DNA of 64,000 nt from Eledone cirrhosa. Lineage: Eukaryota. Numbering within the stretch: the stretch's first letter is position 1; the number at the start of each line of letters is the position of its first letter. Below, in pieces: positions 56,320 to 64,000 of this stretch. The position numbers and the translations under genes were made by a program. The notes under the pieces are model-generated. The model searched no databases. It was not told the DNA's origin and saw only the letters and a program-made list of their open reading frames with translations. The stretch is from the NCBI GenBank assembly GCA_964016885.1, contig OZ024744.1:77934001-77998000 (forward strand), in the 5' to 3' direction.

Positions 56320-59300
56320 GAGATATAGTCTGTGATGAGATATAGTCTGGGGTGAGATATAGTCTCTGGTGAGATATAGTCTGTGGCGAGATATATTCTG
56401 TGGTGAGATATAGTCTGTAGTGAGATATAGTCTGAGGTGAGATATAGTCTGTGGTGATATATAGTCTGTAGTGAGATATAGTCTGTGGTGAGATATAGTG
56501 TGGGGTGATATATAGTCTGGTGTGAGATATAGTCTGTGGTGAGGTATAGTCTGTGGTAAGTTATAGTCTGGGGTGAGATATAGTGTGGGGTGAGATATAG
56601 TCTGTGGTGAGATATAGTCTGGATTGAGATATAGTCTATGGTGAGATATAGTCTGGGGGGAGATATAGTCTGTGGTGAGATATAGTCTGTGGTGAGATAT
56701 AGTCCGTAGTGACATACAGTTTGGGGTGAGATATAGTCTGGGGTGAGATATAGTCTGTGGTGAGGTATAGTCTGTAGTGAGATATAGTCTGTAGTGAGAT
56801 ATAGTCTGGGGTGAGTTATAGTCTGTGGTGAGATATAGTCTGTAGTGAGATATAGTCTGGGGTGAGATATAGTCTGGGGTGAGATATAGTCTGTAGTGAG
56901 ATATAGTCTGTGGTGAGATATAGTCTGGGGTGAGATATAGTCTGTGGTGATATATAGTCTGTGGTGAGATATAGTCTCTAACGAGATATAGTCTGTGGTG
57001 AGATATAATCTGTGGTGAGATATAGTCTGTGGTGAGATATAGTCTGTTGTGAGATATAGTCTGTGGTGAGATATAGTCTGTGGTGATATATAGTCTGGGA
57101 TGAGATATAGTCTGTGGGAGGTATAGTCTATGGTGAGATATAGTCTGTGGTGAGATATAGTCTGTAGTGAGATATAGTCTGTTGTGAGATATAGTGTGGG
57201 ATGATATATAGTCTGTGGTGAGATATAGTCTGGGGTGAGATATAGTTTGTGGTGAGATATAGTCTGTGGTGAGATATAGTCTGGATTGAGATATAGTCTA
57301 TGGTGAGATATAGTCTGGGGGGAGATATAGTCTGGGGTGAGATATAGTCTGTAGTGAGATATAGTATGTGGTGAGATATAGTCTGGAGTGAGATATAGTC
57401 TGGGGTGAGATATAGTCTGGGGTGAGATATAGTCTGTGGTGAGATATAATCTGTGGTGAGATATAGTCTGTAGTGAGATATAGTCTATGGTGTGATATAG
57501 TCTGTGGCAATATATAATCTGGGGTGCGATATAGTCTGGTCTGAGATATAGTCTTTATTTAGATATAGTCTATGGTGGGATATAGTCTGTGGTAAGATAT
57601 AGTCTGTAGTCAGATATAGTCTGTGGTGAGATATAGTCTGTAGTGAGATATAGTCTGAGGTGAGATATAGTCTGGGGTGATGTATAGTCTGGGGTGAGAT
57701 ATAGTCTGTGGTGAGATATAGTCTGTAGTCAGATATAGTCTGAGGTGAGATATAGTATGTGGTGAGATATAGTATGTGGTGAGATATAGTCTGGAATGAG
57801 ATATAGTCTGTGGTGAGATATAGTCTGTGGTGAGATATAGTCTGTGGTGAGATATAGTCTGGAATGAGATATAGTCTGTGGTGAGATATAGTCTGTGGTG
57901 AGATATAGTCTGTAGTGAGATATAGTCTATGGTGTGATATAGTATATGGTAAGATATAGTCTGCTCTGAGATATAGTCTGTAGTGAGATATAGTCTGTGG
58001 TGAGATATAGTCTGGATTGAGATATAGTCTATGGTGAGATATAGTCTGGGGGGAGATATAGTCTGTGGTGAGATATAGTCTGTGGTGAGATATAGTCTGT
58101 AGTGACATACAGTTTGGGGTGAGATATAGTCTGGGGTGAGATATAGTCTGTGGTGAGGTATAGTCTGTGGTGAGATATAGTCTGTAGTGAGATATAGTCT
58201 GGGGTGAGATATAGTCTGTGGTGAGATATAGTCTGTGGTGAGATATAGTCTCTAACGAGATATAGTCTGTGGTGAGATATAATCTGTGGTGAGATATAGT
58301 CTGTGGTGAGATATAGTCTGTTGTGAGATATAGTCTGTGGTGAGATATAGTCTGTGGTGATATATAGTCTGGGATGAGATATAGTCTGTGGGAGGTATAG
58401 TCTATGGTGAGATATAGTCTGTGGTGAGATATAGTCTGTAGTGAGATATAGTCTGTGGTGAGATATAGTGTGGGATGATATATAGTCTGTGGTGAGATAT
58501 AGTCTGGGGTGAGATATAGTTTGTGGTGAGATATAGTCTGTGGTGAGATATAGTTTGGATTGAGATATAGTCTATGGTGAGATATAGTCTGGGGGGAGAT
58601 ATAGTCTGGGGTGAGATATAGTCTGTAGTGAGATATAGTATGTGGTGAGATATAGTCTGGAGTGAGATATAGTCTGGGGTGAGATATAGTCTGGGGTGAG
58701 ATATAGTCTGTGGTGAGATATAATCTGTGGTGAGATATAGTCTGTAGTGAGATATAGTCTATGGTGTGATATAGTCTGTGGCAATATATAATCTGGGGTG
58801 CGATATAGTCTGGTCTGAGATATAGTCTGTATTTAGATATAGTCTATGGTGGGATATAGTCTGTGGTAAGATATAGTCTGTAGTCAGATATAGTCTGTGG
58901 TGAGATATAGTCTGTAGTGAGATATAGTCTGAGGTGAGATATAGTCTGGGGTGATATATAGTCTGGGGTGAGATATAGTCTGTGGTGAGATATAGTCTGT
59001 GGGTAGATATAGTCTGTAGTGAGATATAGTCTGTAGTGAGATATAGTCTATGATGTGATATAGTATATGGTAAGATATAGTCTGCGCTGAGATATAGTCT
59101 GGGGTGAGATATAGTCTGGGGTGAGATATAGTCTGTGATGAGATATAGTCTGGAGTGAGATATACTCTGTAGTGAGATATAGTCTGGGGAGAGATATAGT
59201 CTGTGGTGAGATATAGTCTGTGGGGAGATATAATCTGTAGTCAGATATAGTCTGGGGTGAGATATAGTCTGTGGTGAGATATAGTCTGGGGTGAGATATA

Positions 59301-62300
59301 GTCTGGGGTGAGATATAGTCTATGGTGATATATAGTTTGGGGTGAGATATAGTCTGGGGTGAGATATAGTCTGGGGTGAGATATAGTCTGGGGTGAGATA
59401 TAGTCTGGGCTGCGATATAGTCTGGGTTGAGCTATAGTCTGGGGTGAGATATAGTCTGTGGTAAGATATAGTCTGTGGTGAGATATAGTCTGTGGTGAGA
59501 TATAGTCTGTGGTGATATATAGTTTGGGGTGAGATATAGTCTGGGGTGAGATATAGTCTGTGGTGAGATATAGACTGTGGTGAGATATAGTCTGTGTTGA
59601 GATATAGTCTGGGGTGAGATATAGTTTGTGGTGAAATATAGTCTATGGTGAGATATAGTCTGTAGTGAGATATAGTCTATGGTGTGATATATTCTGTAGT
59701 GAGATATAGTCTGGGGTGAGATAAAGTCTGTGGTGAGATATAGTCTGTAGTGAGATATAGTCTGTGGTGTGATATAGTCTGTAGTGAGATATAGTCTGTG
59801 GTGTGTTATAGTCTGTGGTAAGATATAGTCTGGGGTGAGATATAGTCTGGGGTGAGATATAGTCTGGGGTGATATATAGTCTGTGGGGAGATATATTCTG
59901 TGGTGAGATATATTCTGTACTGAGATATAGTCTGTGGTGAGATATAGTCTGTGGCGAGATTTAGTCTGGGGTGCGATATAGTCTGGGGTGAGCTATAGTC
60001 TGTGGCGAGATATAGTCTGTGGTGAGATATAGTCTGTGGTGATATATAGTCTGTGGTGAGATATAGTCTGTAGTGAGATATAGTCTGTGGTGAGATATAG
60101 TCTGGGGTGAGATATAGTCTGTAGTGAGACATAGTCTGTGGTGAGATATAGTCTGGGGTGAGATATAGTATGTGGTGAGATATAGTCTGTGGTGAGATAT
60201 AGTCTGTAATGAGATATAGTCTGTGGTGAGATATAGTCTGTGGTGAGATTTAGTCTGTGGTGAGATATAGTCTGGGTGAGATATAGTCTGGGGTGAGATA
60301 TAGTCTGGGGTGAGATATAGTCTGTGATGAGATATAGTCTGGTGTGAGATATAGTCTGGAGTGAGATATACTCTGTAGTGAGATATAGTCTGGGGTGAGC
60401 TATAGTCTGTGGTGAGATATAGTCTATGGTGAGATATAGTCTGTATTTAGATATAGTCTATGGTGGGATATAGTCTGGGGTGAGATATAGTTTGTGGTGA
60501 AATATTGTCTATGGTGAGATATAGTCTGTAGTGAGATATAGTCTATGGTGTGATATAGTACATGGTAAGATATAGTCTGCGCTGAGATATAGTCTGTAGT
60601 GAGATATAGTCTGGGGTGAGTTAAAGTCTGTGGTGAGATATAGTCTGTAGTGAGATATAGTCTGTGGTGAGATATAGTCTGTGGTAAGATATAGTCTGTG
60701 GTGAGATTTAGTCTGTAGTGAGATATAGTTTGTGGTGCGGTATAGTCTGTGGTAAGATATAGTCTGGGGTGAGATATAGTCTGTGGTGAGATTTAGTCTG
60801 TGGTGAGATATAATCTGTAGTCAGATATAGTCTGGGGTGAGATATAGTCTGTGGTGAGATATAGTCTGAGGTGCGATATAGTCTGGGGGAGCTATAATCT
60901 GTGGCGAGATATAGTCTGTGGTGAGATATAGTCTGTGGTGATATATAGTCTGGGGTGCGATATAGTCTGGGGTGAGCTATAGTCTGTGGCGAGATATAGT
61001 CTGTGTTGAGATATATTCTGGGGTGAGATATAGTATGGGGTGAGATATAGTCTGTGGTGAGATATAGTCTGTGGTGAGATATAGTCTGTAGTGAGATATA
61101 GTCTGTGGTGAGATATAGTGTGGGATGATATATAGTCTGTGGTGAGATATAGTCTGGAGTGAGATATAGTTTGTGGTGAGATATAGTCTGTGGTGAGATA
61201 TAGTCTGGATTGAGATATAGTCTATGGTGAGATATAGTCTGGGGGGAGATATAGTCTGGGGTGAGATATAGTCTGTAGTGAGATATAGTATGTGGTGAGA
61301 TATAGTCTGGAGTGAGATATAGTCTGGGGTGAGATATAGTCTGGGGTGAGATATAGTCTGTGGTGAGATATAGTCGGTAGTGGTATATAGTCTGGGGTGA
61401 GATATAGTCTGGGGTAAGATATAGTCTGTGGTGAGATATATTCTGTACTGAGATATAGTCTGTGGTGAGATATAGTCTGGGGTGAGATATAGTCTGTAGT
61501 GAGATATAGTCTGGGGTGAGATATAGTCTGTGGTGAGATATAGTCTATGGTGAGATATAGTCTGTGTTGAGATATAGTCTGGGGTGAGATATAGTCTGTA
61601 GTGAGTTATAGTCTATGGTGAGATATATTCTGTAGTGAGATATAGTCTGTCGTGAGATATAGTCTTTTGTGAGATATATTCTGTGGTGAGATATAATCTG
61701 TGGTGAGATATAGTCTGGGGTGAGATATAGTCTATGGTGAGATATAGTCCGGGGTGATATATAGTCTATGGTGAGATATAGTCTGTGGTGTGATATAGTC
61801 TGTGGTGAGATATAGTCTGTAGTGAGATATAGTCTGTGGTGAGATATAGTCTGTAGTGAGATATATTCTGTGGTGAGATATAGTCTGTGGTGAGATATAG
61901 TCTATGGTGAGATATAGTCTATGGTGAGATATATTCTGTGGTGAGATATAGTCTGTAGTGAGATATAGTCTGTGCTAAGATATAGTCTGTGGTAAAATAT
62001 AGTCTGTGGTGAGATATAGTCTGTTGTGAGATATAGTCTATGGTGTGATATAGTCCATTGACAACTTAGCCTTCAATTAGGTGAAGATGATATAATCCAT
62101 TGATAGGCTACACTTCAGTGTAGTAAACTTTAAGTGGTCCTGTCAGATAAATTTTCTGAAATACCCAGCTAGCTCTGTAGAAAAGTTTGTTACTTTGTTA
62201 TTGTAATTATCATCTCATATGCATGCTCTGCTTTAGAATGGGCAGTTTCTTTGGTGTGTATGTATAAAATATAATGTTACATGGTAATAAGGCATGGGCC

Positions 62301-62399
62301 TTGAATATATAGTAATGAATGTGACGAAACAGTGAAGACTGCCTGCAGGAGGCAAACCAATTAATGAAATTAACAGAGTATAAAAGTCTAAAACGTTTC

Positions 62400-62671
62400 T
62401 AATTCCCAGAGAATCATTAGGCTGGTGCTTATTCCGGTTTCATTTGTGTTAAGTGACTGAGAGTACAAAACTCCCACCTGTACAGGATGGCAGTCCATCA
62501 CAGGGTTAAACTCCCAGCTACTGTTGGTACTCACTTTTAACTGAGTATACTGGAGCAACATAAAATGAAGTGTTTTGCTCAAGAAAACAACACACAACCC
62601 TGTCCAGGAATGAAACCCACAACATTATGATCGTAATAAGTCCAACACTCAAATTACAAGACCACATGCCT
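62400..62671 (-). mobile_element. Decayed tRNA-derived SINE (family 1)
   Basis: The minus strand has a degenerate Pol III A box TGGTCTTGTAA (62,654-62,664) and B box GGTTTCATTCC (62,607-62,617). These are followed by GTTGTTTTCTTGAGCAAAACACTT (CORE-like) and AACCCTGTGATGGACTGCCATCCTGT (V-domain-like). The domain names are from recall, not a search. Confidence 0.75.
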
Positions 62672-62757
62672 TGAATCACAGAGGAGTGTGATGATTAGAA
62701 TCATACTTTAGAATACCTGTTTACATTTGCTAGTTAAACAGCAAGATATTCATTAGA

Positions 62758-62974
62758 ATAATGGTTTCTTATTTAGGCACAAGGTCAACAATGGTAGGGA
62801 GGGGAAAGTTGATTAAATTGACTTCAGTGCATTACTGGTACTTTATTTGATCAATCCCATAAGGATGAAAGGCAAAGCTAACTTCGGTGGGATTTGAACT
62901 CAAAATGTCAAGGGTCATAACTATACGCCACGAAACATGTTGTCCAATGCTCTACTGATTCTGCCAATCCACCA
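62758..62974 (-). mobile_element. Decayed tRNA-derived SINE (family 2, octopus-like), approximately full length
   Basis: The minus strand has A box TGGCAGAATCAG (62,955-62,966), B box GAGTTCAAATCC (62,890-62,901), a body GCCTTTCATCCTTATGGGATTGATCAAATAAAGTACCAG and a short ATT tail. A second homologous copy lies in this window. Confidence 0.82.
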
Positions 62975-62979
62975 AGAGC

Positions 62980-63125
62980 AACATTGGTGGCATGGAGAGG
63001 GGAGACTAGTATGCATTGAGGACTACTGGTCTTCCACAAATACACCTTGCCCAGGCTTGTGCTTCGGAAGGGAACTTTCCAGCTGCAAAATCATGGCCAT
63101 TTGTGACCAAAGGGGGCCTACAACA
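62980..63125. mobile_element. Possible fragment of another interspersed repeat
   Basis: GC-richer island (CCACAAATACACCTTGCCCAGGCTTGTGCTTCGGAAGGGAACTTTCC...GACCAAAGGGGG) that resembles a cephalopod repeat from memory only; no second copy in the window. Confidence 0.3.
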
Positions 63126-63359
63126 GTAAGATCAGGTGTGCTTCCATTATCAGTAATCATATTAGCATTTTCACTCTACCTATCTCCCACAAACATCTCA
63201 CTATTTATCTTTCATCTCAATGGTTATATAATGAGGGAAGACATTTGATCTGATCATCACTCTAACTGCTAACCATAGTTCTCCCTCCATTGCCAGCTAT
63301 TGGAGATTGACTACACAAAGTGGTGGGATCTTGTCTCAATGCTGATCAGTGAATGTGAA

Positions 63360-63413
63360 ATAATGATTTCTACTTTTGACATAAGGTCAGTAATTTATAG
63401 GGAGGGGAAATGA
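63360..63413 (-). mobile_element. SINE family 2, second copy, 3' portion (split by the LINE insertion)
   Basis: ATAATGATTTCTACTTTTGACATAAGGTCAGTAATTTATAGGGAGGGGAAATGA aligns to 62,758-62,812 (ATAATGGTTTCTTATTTAGGCACAAGGTCAACAATGGTAGGGAGGGGAAAGTTGA). Confidence 0.75.
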
Positions 63414-63784
63414 CAGCTCCGATGCAATGGGCATGTGGTTAGAATGTCTCAGGAAAGAATCGCTGGACAGATTTTACGGGAAAAGCCAACTGGCAGGAGA
63501 CCCTGGGGGTAGACCCCAAGCCAGATGGTTGGATAACAACCGTGAGCTTGGCTGATCATGCTTGGGGATCCAGCTGGATGAGTTGGAGACTGTTGCTTCT
63601 GACAGGACCTACTGGAAGGATTGTTTGAGGACTCTGCACCCCACGACCCTTTCGGGAACAAGTGGGTGAAGAAGAAGAAGAAGAAGAAGAAGAAGAAGAA
63701 GAAGAAGAAGAAGAAGAAGAAGAAGAAGAAGAAGAAGAAGAAGAAGAAGAAGAAGAAGAAGAAGAAGAAGAAGAAGAAGAAGAA
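63414..63784 (+). mobile_element. 5'-truncated, pseudogenised 3' end of an RTE-clade LINE (Rex3/Expander-like) with a (GAA)n tail
   Basis: Manual translation from 63,414 gives QLRCNGHVVRMSQERIAGQILREKPTGRRPW, a frameshift, then GRPQARWLDNNRELG*SCLGIQLDELETVASDRTYWKDCLRTL. This matches the RTE C-terminal pattern LRWxGHVxRM...GxRxxGRPxxRW. It is followed by CCCCACGACCC and a microsatellite tail. Confidence 0.88.
63668..63784 (+). repeat. Perfect (GAA)39 microsatellite followed by a GGA-rich tract to ~63,814
   Basis: 117 bp of uninterrupted GAA read directly from the sequence. Confidence 0.98.
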
Positions 63785-63813
63785 GGGGGAGGAGGAGGAG
63801 GGGAGGAGTAGGA

Positions 63814-63965
63814 GATCCTAGTACTTGACTAGTCAATTATAATTAATGGTACTTTATTTTATCAACCTCAGAAGGGTGGAAGGTAAAGTCGACCGTTGTG
63901 GGATTTAAACTCACAATATAAAGAGCCCTAACATATACTGGTAAACATTTGTTTGATTCTCTAAT
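63814..63965 (-). mobile_element. SINE family 2, second copy, 5' and central portion
   Basis: The sequence from 63,847 (TGGTACTTTATTTTATCAACCTCAGAAGGGTGGAAGGTAAAGTCGACC...GGATTTAAACTC) aligns to 62,836-62,901. A B-box remnant lies at 63,901-63,912. Confidence 0.8.
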
Positions 63966-64000
63966 GTAGGGTTCTGAAACTCAAGTACTTAAAAGGGCCA

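Larger units (their letters stand above)
1..62055 (+). repeat. 17-bp tandem satellite array, consensus GTGAGATATAGTCTGTG, truncated by the left window edge
   Basis: GAGATATAGTCT recurs every 17 nt across the interval. Linker variants include GTGGT, GGGGT, GTAGT, ATGGT, GTTGT, GAGGT and GGAGT. The last recognisable unit ends at ...GTGTGATATAGTC (62,055). Confidence 0.99.

Noticed and set aside
1418-60132. Dozens of minus-strand ORFs (up to 463 aa) with a 17-aa repeat ISPQTISHHRLYLTTDY
   Set aside because: The reverse-complement monomer has no stop codon in any frame, so three 17-bp units automatically give a 17-aa repeat in all frames. Starts and stops come from sporadic variants, the ORFs overlap in different frames, and they flip strand inside the inversion.
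1-62055. CRISPR-like array of constant repeat plus variable spacer
   Set aside because: The variable part is only 5 nt and consists of point variants of one consensus. There are no unique spacers, leader or cas genes, and the flank contains eukaryotic retroposons.
1-62055. Telomeric or telomerase-made repeat
   Set aside because: The G-rich strand runs 5'->3' toward the non-satellite flank, the opposite of telomere polarity. Variants are inherited in duplicated blocks, which indicates recombinational rather than templated synthesis.
1-62055. CENP-B box (17 bp) or GATA-site array
   Set aside because: Only the length matches the CENP-B box; its CpG-containing motif is absent. The consensus AGATAT is not canonical WGATAR.
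62600-62974. tRNA genes suggested by A/B boxes
   Set aside because: The boxes are degenerate, no cloverleaf is evident, and they continue into SINE bodies.
62388-63248. ORFs 62388..62597 (-) and 62937..63248 (+)
   Set aside because: They are short, lie within or overlap SINE remnants, and show no recognisable domain.
63449-63836. Poly-Leu, poly-Lys and antisense ORFs (63609..63836, 63621..63821, 63449..63661)
   Set aside because: They are translations of the (GAA)39 tract and the antisense strand of the LINE relic.

Overview
This is eukaryotic, non-genic DNA. Bases 1 to ~62,055 are one continuous tandem satellite with a 17-bp unit (consensus GTGAGATATAGTCTGTG, about 3,600 units by length). 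It has a conserved, quasi-palindromic core GAGATATAGTCT and a variable 5-nt linker. Variant units reveal nested higher-order duplications (~0.6, 1.0, 1.4, 1.7, ~4, ~7 and ~13.5 kb). A 40-bp foreign insert ending in (ATT)6 was amplified to 10 copies, and empty sites without it still exist in the array. One ~400-bp inverted block (55,923-56,319) lies between two similar flanks. The last ~1.95 kb is AT-rich flank holding decayed tRNA-derived SINEs that resemble octopus/cephalopod SINEs from recall (organism not verified). It also holds a 5'-truncated RTE-clade (Rex3/Expander-like) LINE 3' end with a (GAA)39 tail nested inside one SINE. The ORFs in the supplied track are best explained as repeat artefacts; I find no supportable functional gene, CRISPR array or new protein-coding system. 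The interest lies in the readable evolutionary history of the satellite.
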